64,000 nucleotides of DNA from the NCBI GenBank assembly GCA_965248925.1, contig CBDFLE010000006.1, forward strand, positions 416,001 through 480,000, read 5' to 3'. Source of the DNA: Candidatus Multivoradales bacterium. GTDB lineage: Bacteria > Acidobacteriota > Thermoanaerobaculia > Multivoradales > J023. The notes under the pieces were generated by a model. It did no database searches, was not told the origin of the DNA, and saw nothing but the letters and a program-made list of their open reading frames with translations. Position 1 is the stretch's first letter. The number at the start of each line of letters is the position of its first letter. A program made the translations under genes and the position numbers. Of the stretch, positions 19,835 to 30,759 are shown in pieces.

Positions 19835-21208
19835 TCACCTCGACTGCTGAAGGACTGCCTCGGCAACCTCGACGATCGGCGGCAGGTCCAATTCGAGGAC
19901 CCAGAAGGACCCAAGGTAGCCGGCCTTTTCGACCACCTCGGCCGCTCCCGGGACTTCCAAGTGGAAAGAGCGATCGCTTTCCAACCGGCAGACGAGGGGT
20001 TGACCGACATAGGGATCTGTCGCCTGAAAGGCGTTCAAACCCTGGCAACCCGCGCCATAGGCACCCTGGCTCAACCCCTGCCCGCGCACCTCCAAAGCAG
20101 CTCCGATCAACTGCCTTTGGCTCATCGCTAGCTGACTCTTGGCGATCGTGCCGCGGTAGGCCGATTCCAGGCCGTGCGACGCTGATCCGCGGTTTCCGCC
20201 GGCCAAAAAATGCTCCGGACTCAAGGCGTAGGGCTGATCGACCAGCCCTACCGCCACCCGGCCTGAATCGAGTAGACCCGCGGCGCGCCGATGGCCGGAA
20301 AAGAAGATGCGCCAGCTGGAGTCGCCTTCCGCCTGCGGCATCTCCGCACGCCCTTGTAGGGTTGCCAAGCTGGTCACCGCGGCATCTAGAGCGACCATCT
20401 TCCTGCCGACGGCCAGCAGATCATCCTGCGGCAGCCGCTGCTGCAAGCGCTCGACCAGCTGCGGATCGGCCGCCCAAGACTGCTCGGAGCTCAGCACCTC
20501 AGCGATTCCCTGCAACAGGAGCCTTTCAGTCACATGAGCGATCAGCGAGAAGATCAGGATGGTCTCGCGCCGCAAGCTGTCGGTGAGCCGCGCCAAGATA
20601 TCGAGGGCTACCAACCCAGCCGCCAGGTCGCCCTTGGCAAGAGCTAATCTGGCATCGATGTTGACCAGATGACCAGCATTGAGCAGCTCGATGAGATTGG
20701 GAATCTCGGCGTCGATCAGATCCTCGTAATCCAGCTGGTAGCTCGAACCCGCACAGGGAACCGCCCGCCGCAGGGTGTCGAGGCCGCCGCGGTTGCGATC
20801 CACCAGATCCTCGGCCTGAGCGGCCTGCTGTTCCGTCCAGCGAGCCGTTGGAGTTGCGCTGAGCTGGCGGCGGAAGCTGGTGAAGTCGGCATCCAAGACC
20901 AGCGCCTTGGCGCCAGCGACCAGCCAACGAGCCGCGTTGTCAGACGGGCCAGGCACCGGCGGAGCCAATGAGGCGAGCTGCGCCGGTAACCCTGCCGCAG
21001 AGAAATCCAGCTGTTGATCCGCCAGCTCGCTAGCGAACTGCTCCGCCGCCTGCGAGTAGCTCGCCCGGCCCCGCAGATGAATGCCCAGGCTGACGATCAG
21101 ACCCAGTAGCAGCAGGCCCGCCAGAGTCAGGCCGAGGTAGCGAGCTGGGTTGGCTTGGGTAGCTCGAGGGTCGAGGTCGGTCATGGCTAGCTCCTGCAAG
21201 AGATTCAA
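19835..21208 (-). CDS. Membrane-anchored hypothetical protein, third gene of the ECF operon
   Basis: N-terminal TM, helical body, C-terminal DPY.GQPL; overlaps the upstream stop (alternative start 21184). Confidence 0.75.
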   Translation of the reverse strand: MNLLQELAMTDLDPRATQANPARYLGLTLAGLLLLGLIVSLGIHLRGRASYSQAAEQFASELADQQLDFSAAGLPAQLASLAPPVPGPSDNAARWLVAGAKALVLDADFTSFRRQLSATPTARWTEQQAAQAEDLVDRNRGGLDTLRRAVPCAGSSYQLDYEDLIDAEIPNLIELLNAGHLVNIDARLALAKGDLAAGLVALDILARLTDSLRRETILIFSLIAHVTERLLLQGIAEVLSSEQSWAADPQLVERLQQRLPQDDLLAVGRKMVALDAAVTSLATLQGRAEMPQAEGDSSWRIFFSGHRRAAGLLDSGRVAVGLVDQPYALSPEHFLAGGNRGSASHGLESAYRGTIAKSQLAMSQRQLIGAALEVRGQGLSQGAYGAGCQGLNAFQATDPYVGQPLVCRLESDRSFHLEVPGAAEVVEKAGYLGSFWVLELDLPPIVEVAEAVLQQSR

Positions 21209-21594
21209 GAGGCAAGGTCGCCGCCCAGCGGCGAGAGGTAGGATCGATGGGTGCTTCGCCAGCTGGACAGCGAAGCCTCCTCACGCAGCGGATGCCGGGC
21301 GAGAAAAGGAGCCAGATCAGGCTCGACGAGCAGCGCGCCGCTGGTCGGAAGCTGGCTCTTTTTCGGCGCGACTTCCGCGGTCATCCCGGCCGCCAATAGC
21401 AGCTGGACGCCGAGCAGCAGGACCACGGTCGTCGCCCAGGCCCAGCGCAAGCGGCGGTCTCGCCACAGCCGATCAACCAGCGGAGGCTGGGAGCCGGCGG
21501 CGGCCCGAGCACGGCTCAAGAGACGCTGCCGTAGGGCCGCGGGCAAGTTCGGAGGCCGCATACCGGAGAAGGGATCAGGCAAATGCTGCTTCAT
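21205..21594 (-). CDS. Putative small anti-sigma factor
   Basis: Coupled to the ECF sigma; P..LRQRLL..A N-terminus and one TM. Confidence 0.65.
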   Translation of the reverse strand: MKQHLPDPFSGMRPPNLPAALRQRLLSRARAAAGSQPPLVDRLWRDRRLRWAWATTVVLLLGVQLLLAAGMTAEVAPKKSQLPTSGALLVEPDLAPFLARHPLREEASLSSWRSTHRSYLSPLGGDLAS

Positions 21595-22181
21595 CTTTGA
21601 ACTCCCATGATCCGGCGCAGCCGACGCAGCGCCAGTCGGTACCGGCTGGCGGCGGTGAAGGTGGGAATCCCCATCACCCCACCGATCTCGCGAAACGACA
21701 GCTCGACGAAATGTCTGAGATAGACCACCGCTCGTTGGCCCTCTGGCAACCGACTTAGATGGCGGCTGAGGCGGTGCGCCTCCACCGTGCGTTCTTGCCC
21801 GGCCTCGACCAGCCCGGCCGGCTCCTGCGGCTCACCGCCCTGGTGGCGACGGCGCTGGCGCAGGGTATCGATGGCCGCCGAGTGGACCATCCGTAGCAGA
21901 TAAGCGAACGGGCTGCGTACAGTGCCCAGCCGACCGCGCTCGGCAGCCCTGGCGAGGCCGATGAAAACCTCCTGCAAGGCATCCTCGGCATCCTGCGACG
22001 AGCCCGTCCGCCACAGCGCCAGGCCGTGCAGGTCGGTCGCGCAGAGCTGCCAAACGCCTTCCAGAGCTGCCAGCCGACCGGGCCCCAACAGGCCGAACAT
22101 CCGCCCTAGTTCGAGGTTGCGCTTCTCAGCCTTGGTCACCAAGGCTACCTCGGGGGTTTCGATGCTCACAGCCAGTCTCAT
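21591..22181 (-). CDS. ECF sigma factor
   Basis: DAEDALQEVF, AYLLRMVHS.AID, LPEGQRAVV.L...LSFREIG.VMGI; start uncertain. Confidence 0.9.
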   Translation of the reverse strand: MRLAVSIETPEVALVTKAEKRNLELGRMFGLLGPGRLAALEGVWQLCATDLHGLALWRTGSSQDAEDALQEVFIGLARAAERGRLGTVRSPFAYLLRMVHSAAIDTLRQRRRHQGGEPQEPAGLVEAGQERTVEAHRLSRHLSRLPEGQRAVVYLRHFVELSFREIGGVMGIPTFTAASRYRLALRRLRRIMGVQR

Positions 22182-22361
22182 GCCCCATACGACGCGGTGG
22201 CCCTTCCCTTTTGTCACTTCGAAGGCAGAAATCTTCGGCGAGCCTATCCTGCAACCGCGATCTCGACCCCTACCGACCATCTTTCTGCCACGATTCCGCC
22301 TCTCTTGCACCACACTGATCTCCCACGCTCGGATTCGAACCCACGGAATTGGAGAATCGCG

Positions 22362-22827
22362 ATGCCCAAGCCAACAAGCCTCCATCTGCTGCTCCTCTGC
22401 CTCCCGTTCAGTTCTTGCCTGGGCTGTCAGATCCTCGACATATTGATTCAGGAGCGGTGGGAGGGAGATACGGTCACCGTCAGAAGAGTCTTGCTCGACG
22501 AGTACCACCTCGGCTTCGAACGCCTGCGTCTGATCGACGATAACCACCAGGCACGGTGGGAGTACTACTGCGATCAAGGGGTGGAGGATGGGTCAAGGGG
22601 TAGTGCGTGGGGTCGAAATCTCACCCCGAGGAATCGTCGCCTTGCAGGCCCAGGCCTCCTGCAAACTAACCATCGAGTTGCCCGTCGGCAAAATCCTCAA
22701 ACCGCCATACGAGTCGCGGTTCTGGGGCAAGAACGGCCCGGGCATTCAGCGCTATGACTTTCGGCAGCTGCTGCCACCAGAAGATATTGATGATGCGGCG
22801 GGCAGGCGTTCCAGCGAAAGCTTCTGA
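22362..22827 (+). pseudogene. Possible frameshifted exported protein
   Basis: GGAG RBS and signal/lipobox-like N-terminus; protein-like sequence continues in another frame after ~22590. Confidence 0.3.
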
Positions 22828-22893
22828 TCGAGTGGCAGCAGCTCCAGCAAGCCAATGCGTAAGCCAGAGATTGGAATCGCAATACTGTGCGAA

Positions 22894-23883
22894 TCAGCCT
22901 TCCTTCGCAGAAGCGCGCCCTTGCTCGCGAGTTGCCGCGCGATAGGCACCAGCGGTGGCGTAGAGATCCTCAATCGCCAGACCCTGGGAAATAAACAGAG
23001 TGAGTTCAAGGGTCCCGCTTCGGCCCGGTTGACGACCGCTCAGGATTTCTCCGAGATCCGCCGCAATATGATTGCAATCGATGGCACCGTGATCAAGCGC
23101 CGCACGGATCTCACCCGACTCAATCAGCGCCGACTCCCGGCGATCGACCACAACCCGGCAAGCTTTGACGGTCTCTGGGTCGACCTCAGCGGCTTCTGGC
23201 ACGCTGGATCCAATGGCGTTGAGGTGGGTGCCGGGTGAAAGCCAGTCGAGATTCAACACGGGAGTGGACGAGGTGGTCAAGGTGGTCACCACATCGGCTC
23301 CGCGAACTGCCTGCTCGATGCTCTCGAAAGCCCGCACCGGGAAGTCGTAGCGCGGTTGCTGGTCGGCGGTGAAGGCTCGGGCATGGGCCATTTGGCTGCT
23401 CGCCACCCGAACTTCGTCGATCTCGATGACTTCGGCCAGGGCCCGCAGGTGGGGACCGGCCTGGTGGCCGCTACCGATCAGGGTCAGGATGCGGGCATCG
23501 CTGCGGGCGAGATACTCGGTCGCTAGGGCGGTCACCGCGGCGGTGCGAAGCGCGGTGATGGTACTGGCGTCGGCGGCAGCTCTCAGCTCACCGGTGTCGC
23601 CATCGAGCAGCAGCACCACCCCTTGGTGGGCGTCCATGCCACGTTCGGGGTTCGAAGGACAGATACAGACCGATTTGACAGCGAAAAAGGGCCTTTCGCC
23701 GCCGCTGTAACAAGGCATCACAGCCATCCAATTCGCGGTTTTGGCGGGACGGACAAAGAGCCTCTGTGGCTGCTCGGCAGTGTGGTCGGCCAGAGCAAGG
23801 AAAGCGCGTTTCATCTCCGCCCGGCAGCTGCTCGGTGTCAGTAGGCGGAGGATATCTTGACGCCCCAGGTTGAGGTAGACCAT
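22894..23883 (-). CDS. Ornithine cyclodeaminase / mu-crystallin family protein
   Basis: ITALRTAA, IGSGHQA, ADVVTTLT, GTHLNAIGS, GLAIEDL. Confidence 0.92.
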   Translation of the reverse strand: MVYLNLGRQDILRLLTPSSCRAEMKRAFLALADHTAEQPQRLFVRPAKTANWMAVMPCYSGGERPFFAVKSVCICPSNPERGMDAHQGVVLLLDGDTGELRAAADASTITALRTAAVTALATEYLARSDARILTLIGSGHQAGPHLRALAEVIEIDEVRVASSQMAHARAFTADQQPRYDFPVRAFESIEQAVRGADVVTTLTTSSTPVLNLDWLSPGTHLNAIGSSVPEAAEVDPETVKACRVVVDRRESALIESGEIRAALDHGAIDCNHIAADLGEILSGRQPGRSGTLELTLFISQGLAIEDLYATAGAYRAATREQGRASAKEG

Positions 23884-23956
23884 CAGTGGCTCCCGCGAGT
23901 TGCGCTCGATAAGACGCTGGTGAAGCCCGCGCCACGCCGCGCGCCACACCTGTGTA

Positions 23957-25777
23957 TCAGGTTTCCTTGGCGTGGAGGATATTCGACCGCCAGTCCGCGA
24001 AGCTCAGCTGGTCACGATTCTCGGAACTCCAGGAGCGCAGTTCAACGAGGATCTCCCAGTCCTGACAAGCCTTGGCTAGCTTGTCCGGATTGAAGCTGAT
24101 CTTGAGTCCCCTAGCATTGTCGCCCATTCCATCGAAGACGTGGGTCGCCAGCTCGCCAAGGATCCCAAAATCGACCTGTACACCTTGGGGCACCCTATTG
24201 TCGAGCACCAGGTACACCTCGAATTTGTCCTCTATCATCTTTTTGATCACCTGCTCGATTCGATCGCTTAGTTGATCGCTGCTCAGCTGGCTACGCTGGA
24301 TGATCAACAGCCGAAGCAGCTGGCCGGAAAAGCCGAGGAACGGCGCGTTGTACTTCGATGCTTCGGAGTTCGGCACATCGGTATCGAGCCAGAAGCCGAT
24401 GTCGTTGTTGCTCACCACCCTAATCGGCCCAGTACCCTCATGATCGGCCAGCTCGATCACTGGTCGCCAGACCTTCTGCCAATACGGTGGGCGGAAAGTC
24501 AGGTTCTGCCGCGCGAGATCCTCGAAGTCGCCCATCAAGGTGGCTCGCGCCTGGTCGAAAAAGGGCCCGGCGTTGGAAAACCTGTCTTCCCTGGACCAAG
24601 ATAGCCCCTGGCTCAGGGACTCTAGGACTGGAATAGCGAACTCGTTCTGGTCTTGGGTTTTTAGCTTGGCGCAAAGTGCACTCAGCTTGGACTCGACACG
24701 TCCCTCGCGGACCAGCAGGTCGGGATCGGATCGCACTTGACAAGCACGGTTGTAGTGATTGAGCTGGGCGTAGAAGGGAGCCTTGGCACCGAAGACCTCG
24801 ATCAGGGTAAATCCCAAATCGCCTTCACCTTCGAAAAGGCTCGGCGCGCTGTAGATATCGAGAACCTGATCTTTGTGCCGGTAAGTTACCAACCGCCGAT
24901 TGTGTTTGTGGCCGGTGAGCACCAAGTCGAAGCGATGGTTGATCAGTTCTTCAATCACTCTGCCTGCGTCCAGCACTGATTCGAATTGGGTCAGCTCGAT
25001 GTTGGTGTCGGGCAGCAGGTGGTGGTGTTGGAGGGCGATCCTGATCGGCCGTTCTTCCGGACCGAGAATATTATAGCTCTTGATTGCGCGGCGCTGGTGA
25101 GCGCCGATGGCGGCGATATCGAGTGATTTCGAGGTGATCTTGAGGGCAGCGACAACCTGCTGGCGCATCTCGTCGCTAAGGTCGAACGTGTCAAGCATAC
25201 GCCGGATTGCTTCCTGGCCGTGCTTCTCGGGTAGACCGGAGAAGGTCGGCGAGATCATCGACAGCAGCTCGATGTCGATGCCTTCGGCGAGTCGCTCCAG
25301 AGATGTCAGCAGAGGCTTGGGCTTGGCACCGGCGAAGTTCGGCGTCGAGAATTCGGAGGTGGCCTCGAAATAGCCACGGAAGCGTTCGGGTTGCTGTAGG
25401 CCGGAACTCCAGTCGACATCGTGATTGCCAGGTACGACAAAGATCCGGCTGGTGACCAGATTCAGGGCCTCGGCGAGCTTCTCGAGGAACCGACGGGCGG
25501 CATTGAAAGAGGCCTTTTTATCGGCTGGGGTCTGGCCACCGCCGCCGGTGACCAGATCACCGGTGACCAGGATCGCCTTGGGCCACTGCTCCTCGGAACG
25601 CTGCTCCAGCACCTGGGCTTTGAAGTCGGCGATGAAGCGCTTCGCCAGATCGTCTCTCATCTGGTCTTCGACCGGGCCGCCGTGCAACGCCTTGGCATCG
25701 ATCTGCTCGCGGCGGCCTTCGGGGCCGAAGTGGAGGTCGGAAATGTGTAGCAACTGAATAGTGCGGTAGTTCTGCAT
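23957..25777 (-). CDS. Calcineurin-like metallophosphoesterase fused to an unknown C-terminal domain
   Basis: HISDLH, TGDL, PGNHD, QHHH, GHKH motifs in the N-terminal half. Confidence 0.85.
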   Translation of the reverse strand: MQNYRTIQLLHISDLHFGPEGRREQIDAKALHGGPVEDQMRDDLAKRFIADFKAQVLEQRSEEQWPKAILVTGDLVTGGGGQTPADKKASFNAARRFLEKLAEALNLVTSRIFVVPGNHDVDWSSGLQQPERFRGYFEATSEFSTPNFAGAKPKPLLTSLERLAEGIDIELLSMISPTFSGLPEKHGQEAIRRMLDTFDLSDEMRQQVVAALKITSKSLDIAAIGAHQRRAIKSYNILGPEERPIRIALQHHHLLPDTNIELTQFESVLDAGRVIEELINHRFDLVLTGHKHNRRLVTYRHKDQVLDIYSAPSLFEGEGDLGFTLIEVFGAKAPFYAQLNHYNRACQVRSDPDLLVREGRVESKLSALCAKLKTQDQNEFAIPVLESLSQGLSWSREDRFSNAGPFFDQARATLMGDFEDLARQNLTFRPPYWQKVWRPVIELADHEGTGPIRVVSNNDIGFWLDTDVPNSEASKYNAPFLGFSGQLLRLLIIQRSQLSSDQLSDRIEQVIKKMIEDKFEVYLVLDNRVPQGVQVDFGILGELATHVFDGMGDNARGLKISFNPDKLAKACQDWEILVELRSWSSENRDQLSFADWRSNILHAKET

Positions 25778-26217
25778 AAAGTTCCTCGGCCCAAGCTCTT
25801 GCCCGGTTGTGGACGAATGGTCAGGTCTGGGCGGAAAACGCTGAGTCCGATGTCACCTATATGCAGGTGAAGATTCTTGACCGAGATCCTCGTCCGTACT
25901 CAAATCACACTAATACGGGTTGTCTGGTTTCAGAATGTGTTTCCGATCACCGTTCGGCCCGCGCCGTAAGATCACCGATCTTCGGATGATAGGAGTTTGA
26001 GAGCTGCGACGCTACAGTACAAGACTGAGAAGCGCAAGGAAAAACACCACTCTTTCACGACTCATCGGAGCTGCTGTCGACGCTGTACCTGTGAGAAACG
26101 ACCGGTAAGAGATTCCAGAACTCCTGACCTACCCCCCCTCCGGAAATGTCCGGTTGATCCTCTCCAGAGGTACCCGGAGACCCTGCCGGAACGGGGTGCC
26201 GGAACGAGGTGCCCACC

Positions 26218-26619
26218 CTATTCGGAGCAAGGTTGCTTGGTGCCCTCGTCCGCAGCCGGCTCTGGCAGCGAGAACGTCTTGAGAGCAGCGCTCAGCTTTC
26301 TCCCAACGACTTTGTTGGCGGCATCGTCGGTATTGAGCAGCATTACGAAGCCGATTCCGCGATTGCGGTAGAACCCGACCTGGGCCGAAATTCCTGGATC
26401 CCGGCCACCGTGCTGAGCCGATCGATTGTCGCCAAGCACCCAATAGACACCGAAGGTCTCCCCTTCGGCCGCTCCCGGCAGCAATTCGCTCAACATCTGC
26501 TCGACGAACTCGGGTTGCAGAACCCGCCGCTGGTCGAAACGACCGGCGCTTAGTGAGTGGACAATGCCGAGAAGCAACGCCAAACTTGCCGCCATTGTCA
26601 GATAGAGATTCACTGTCAC
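26218..26619 (-). pseudogene. Chimeric remnant: membrane-protein N-terminus joined to a serine hydrolase (beta-lactamase family) C-terminus
   Basis: GVYW...HGG.DPG.SA...GIGFVML.N is typical of the beta-lactamase-family C-terminus; no SxxK. Confidence 0.55.
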
Positions 26620-26673
26620 TCCAGCACGAATTCGTCAGTAGAGGAGTGCTCTGACACCGCTCGCGCCGCGGCC

Positions 26674-28386
26674 CTACGGTTGAGCCAGGCAGATGTCTTC
26701 GCTGCCATCGATGCAGATCCGCCCTTCGAGGCGCGGCGCGATACCAGCCGGGCCAGCCGCCTTAAGGGCGTCGATCACCCACAGCTCCAGATCCACTGAG
26801 TCGCCGGTATCGACCTTAAGATCAGGCTTGAGCATCGTATAGCCGTCTTGATCGCCATTGGGATTGACCAGGAAGTCGACCGTCACGAGTAACAACTCCT
26901 CTTCAGGCGCTATCGCTCTGGGCCCGTCCGGGGTTAGTAGCGTCAAACGATCGACTTCTCCTTGTTGATCGTGACGATAAGCCAGGCCGGCGATCTGCAG
27001 GAAGTGACCGTTACCAACCCAATCACTGACTGAGTTCCTCAGCACCTGCTGGAGGACCGCACCACTGACCCGCAACAGCTGGAGGCGAGTGGAGTAAGGA
27101 AACATTGCTTCGAGATGCCGCCGAGTGATCTCGGTGCCGGCGGGCAGGTTCTGGTTGAGACGCAACCCCCCCGAGTTGAGAATCGCGATCTGCGCCCCAT
27201 GATCAGCAAGGGCAGCCAATGCCTGGTCGGCGAGCCAATTGCCGAAGTTGGTCTCGTAGCGACGAATGTCGAGTTCTTCCGCCACCAGACGATCGGCGGC
27301 GAGGCCGAGTACCTTGTCGACACAACCAGGGCTCTCCGCTGGTGTCTGCTCGCTACAGAATTCCACGTCGAAGCGGGCAAACCAGCCCTCGACCCGCGCC
27401 GCGACCTGCGGATCGGGCGGCGGCCCCTCGGGACCAAGCTGCTGATAGCGAAAGTCCACCCGCGGCGGCCCAGAGTCGTCGAGGGTTACTCGCACCACCG
27501 ACGCGCTGCGCACGTCGGCATCGGCCTTGATCACCAGCCGACCATCCACCGAGCGGCTCAGCCTCTGATGCTCATGACCGCCGATGATCAGGTCCGGACC
27601 GTCGTCACCGAGCGCGGCGAGCAGCTCCTGGTCGTCGCTCACCCGCAAATGGGTGAGAGCAACCACTACTTCAGCACCCCGCTGGCGCAGTTCGCGAGTC
27701 GCCCGGCGAGCCACCTCCAGCGGTGAGCGAAAACGATCGATGTACTCGGCCTGCTGCGAGTCTATGGTGAGACCGAACACACCAACCCGGACACCGCCGC
27801 TGTCGACCAGGATGGTGTCGAGCAGGTTATCGCCGTCGATCAACTCTCGCCCATCTTCGTCGTGACCAAAGTCGATATTGGTCTTGAGCCAACGGAATTC
27901 GCTCTGGTCGATGCGCTGGTCGAGCTGCGCGGCGTATTTCAGCTTGCTTCTGTCGAATTCATGATTGCCGAAGGTGACGATCAGCCGTGAGTCAAAGGCT
28001 GCGTCGTCACCGTCCAGCAAGTTCAACAGATCGACCATCTGGGCCCCCTTGAAGTGCCTGCTCAGCAGCGACGGCGACAGCAAATCCCCAGCATGGAGCA
28101 GCAGAAGATCGGGCGCCTCCTGTTCCAATTGCCGGCGCAGCGCGCGCAACCGCGCCATCCCCCCACTCGCGCCGCCATCAGCCCCCTCGATGTTGTAGAA
28201 GTCGTTGATGCCGAGGATGGTGAAGCTGCGCTGCGCCCCGCTGTCGCCGGCTTCGCCGTCTGCGCCCGAGGCGCCCACAACGGGCCGATCACGGCGAGTC
28301 GAGGTGCAGGCGGCGGCAAACAGCAGTCCGGCGGCCAGAAAAGCTGCCGCGATCCGGTGGGTCGTGCCCTTTGTCGTCACATTCAT
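26674..28386 (-). CDS. Bifunctional metallophosphatase/5'-nucleotidase lipoprotein
   Basis: Lipobox AAAC; INDFY, HAGD, GNHEFD, ALTH, GGHEH, NSGGLR. Confidence 0.93.
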   Translation of the reverse strand: MNVTTKGTTHRIAAAFLAAGLLFAAACTSTRRDRPVVGASGADGEAGDSGAQRSFTILGINDFYNIEGADGGASGGMARLRALRRQLEQEAPDLLLLHAGDLLSPSLLSRHFKGAQMVDLLNLLDGDDAAFDSRLIVTFGNHEFDRSKLKYAAQLDQRIDQSEFRWLKTNIDFGHDEDGRELIDGDNLLDTILVDSGGVRVGVFGLTIDSQQAEYIDRFRSPLEVARRATRELRQRGAEVVVALTHLRVSDDQELLAALGDDGPDLIIGGHEHQRLSRSVDGRLVIKADADVRSASVVRVTLDDSGPPRVDFRYQQLGPEGPPPDPQVAARVEGWFARFDVEFCSEQTPAESPGCVDKVLGLAADRLVAEELDIRRYETNFGNWLADQALAALADHGAQIAILNSGGLRLNQNLPAGTEITRRHLEAMFPYSTRLQLLRVSGAVLQQVLRNSVSDWVGNGHFLQIAGLAYRHDQQGEVDRLTLLTPDGPRAIAPEEELLLVTVDFLVNPNGDQDGYTMLKPDLKVDTGDSVDLELWVIDALKAAGPAGIAPRLEGRICIDGSEDICLAQP

Positions 28387-28410
28387 CAAGCTACTGTAGC
28401 GCGAATCGGC

Positions 28411-29118
28411 TCAGACCGAGCCCCCTGCAGCGTGATCGACGAGGACCTCGAACGAAGCATGGGTCCGCAGCAGAGAACAAGGCCATTGTGCAGTGGCGGG
28501 CCCATCGACCAGCCGCCGAATGGCCTCTGCCTTGCCGCCACCGGAAGCCATCAAGAGCAGATGCCGCGCATCGCGAAAAGCACCCATCCCCAAGGTGATG
28601 GCCCGCAATGGGCAATGGGATGAAGGCACCGCTAAAGATTCGGCCAACGAATCGCCCAATCGCACCAGATGGGTATGGTCGTCGATTTGCTCAGGCAAGT
28701 TGTAAGCAACATGGCCGTCCGCGCCCACGCCAAGAATCGCCAGGTCGAACCCGCCGGCAGCAGCCAGCGCCCGGTCGTAGCGCCGGCACTCAGCCGCTGG
28801 ATCGGCGCCGCTGTCCGGGATGTCGCAGCGGCTCCGATCGAGCCCGATGCAGCCCCAGGCGTGGCTCTCCATGAAGGAATGGAAACAGCTGGCGTGGCCT
28901 CGTGGCAGCAGCAACTCGTCAATGTTCAAGCCCCGCGCTCGCGACAGATCAAGCTGACCGTCGCGGAAGCGGCAAGCAAGCTCCTGGTAGAGAGGGACCG
29001 CGGTGCGACCGGTCGGCAGACCAAGGGTCAGATCCGGCTTGGCCGCCACCGCCTGGCAAACGAGGTCCGCGGCCCGGCGAGCCACCGCCTTGGCATCTTG
29101 ATACACCCTGACTTTCAC
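28411..29118 (-). CDS. nagB: Glucosamine-6-phosphate deaminase
   Basis: LGLPTGRT, NIDE, LGVGADGHVAYN, AITLGM, KAEAI. Confidence 0.85.
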   Translation of the reverse strand: MKVRVYQDAKAVARRAADLVCQAVAAKPDLTLGLPTGRTAVPLYQELACRFRDGQLDLSRARGLNIDELLLPRGHASCFHSFMESHAWGCIGLDRSRCDIPDSGADPAAECRRYDRALAAAGGFDLAILGVGADGHVAYNLPEQIDDHTHLVRLGDSLAESLAVPSSHCPLRAITLGMGAFRDARHLLLMASGGGKAEAIRRLVDGPATAQWPCSLLRTHASFEVLVDHAAGGSV

Positions 29119-29412
29119 TCGCCGATCTCCTCGTCACCGTCAACATCTCAGCACCGTCGACCGCATCAGTCGCTACTCTCGCGCCCCTTCACTCAAGGAG
29201 CCAAACCGGCAACAGGTCGCTCAAAGTCAGAGCACCGGAGCGATGCGGCGCTGAGGATCTCATCGCGGTCACGATCGGTCAAGGAGGGGTCCGACAGACC
29301 CCCCGAAACCTCGCCAAGCCGAGGAAATCACTGTCCGGCTTTGGGGGCTACAGCGGCTCTGGCATCCGCCGCCTGCAGCTGACAGTACCCGATCGTTGCA
29401 TAAGATCTCCCC

Positions 29413-29979
29413 TCAGGCGGCCGCTCCGAGCGTTCCGAGGTAGCTAAGAAACTCATGCTTGAATGCCCGATTTACCCCAAGAGTCCGCGTCAGGAATCCT
29501 TGTGGCCGAGTCCAACGACCAGCTAGCTGAACCAGGCGCCGTCGCAAGGTCGCAAGCCGTTCGAACTTCCACAGCGGCGCGCGCTTCTCGCTCGTCTGCC
29601 GCTCCGGCAGACGAATCTGCATCTGCAACTCGCGGTTGCGGTTGTGGGCAAAGATCGTTGCCAGCAGGTACACCTGATTCCCGAGCAGCTTGCGCACCGG
29701 AATGTAGTCCCTCTGCCCCTCGGAGTTCAGCTCACCGAAGATCGCTTCTTGGGCACCTCTGCCTTCGTGGAAGGCGACGGCGTGGCGCGCGGAGATCACC
29801 TTATTCATCACCACCACTTTGAATTCGTTGCCAATGACCTGGGGGATGAAGAGGTCCAATTGCAACGGCTCTTTGCGCTGCACGGCCTTGGCGGATCGAA
29901 TCGCGAGAAACCGAGCGCGGCGCTTCCAGCTCTTCGGCTTCCAGCGGAACTCGAAGTCGAAAACCTTTGTCGTGGCCAC
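29413..29979 (-). mobile_element. IS1380-family transposase, C-terminal fragment
   Basis: FH.GRG.QE..FGEL, N.VY....IFAHN, TLRRRL...AGR motifs; 5' part absent. Confidence 0.75.
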
Positions 29980-30040
29980 CGGATTCCAAGGCGTATCCGC
30001 CGCAGACGACCTGACGACGCTGGGGCGAGGAGGTTAAGAC

Positions 30041-30200
30041 TTGACCGCGATAGCCTTGGCTGCCGCTGTCGTGGCCGAGTACTGCGAGATCCTGACCGAT
30101 GTGGACGGCATCTTCGACGCCGACCCTCGAATTGTCGAAGGCGCTCGGTGCATCGAGCAGACAAACCACCAAGTCGTCGAGGCATTTACTTGCCACGGCG
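30041..30200 (+). pseudogene. Aspartokinase internal fragment
   Basis: TAIALAAA..AE.CEI.TDVDGIF.ADPRIV..AR. Confidence 0.75.
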
Positions 30201-30489
30201 CCCGCGACCGGCGGCTGTGGCGACCGCAGCCAGGCTGTAGATTTCGGTCGGCACCAGACCGCCCGTGCTGGTCGTTCCCAAGGCCGCTAAATCTGCCCGA
30301 GTGGCCTCGGAAAGAACCACATCCGTACCATTGGCTAGCAAGGGGCCGGCCACCACACCGCCAAGCACGACGCCGACAACGAAGAGTAGGTTCCACCTGC
30401 CGGTCTGGCGCCAATCGTAGTTCAGATAAGGACTCGCTGTAGCTTACCCTGAGAGACCCGCGAACCGATCGCCCTCCCAGCGAAGCTGC

Positions 30490-30759
30490 CGCCGATGCCA
30501 ACCCCAAGGTAGGTGCCGCTCATCCCCGGCACACCGAAGAGCAGCACGCTGCGCCAATCCACCTACCGCCGGCCAGCGAACTGCAAGCCACCCGCAGCGG
30601 CGATTGTGCCAACAATGAACAATGAGCCGGCGAAAGCCAACTTCTCGTCTTGGCCGATCAGAAAGATCAGCACCGGTACAGTGAGCACCGATCCACCGGA
30701 GCCGAGCAAGCCCAACGCCAGGCCAATGGCCATCGCGCCGAGCCAGACCAGAGACTCAC
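30490..30759 (-). pseudogene. TauE/SafE sulfite exporter, truncated, with internal stop
   Basis: [19 protein letters not shown]...SLFIVG...RR*VDWRSVLLFGVPGM. Confidence 0.8.

Noticed and set aside
22182-22577. Long N-terminal extension of the ECF sigma in the ORF track
   Set aside because: Not sigma-like and overlaps a plausible opposite-strand ORF; the true start is likely near 22181
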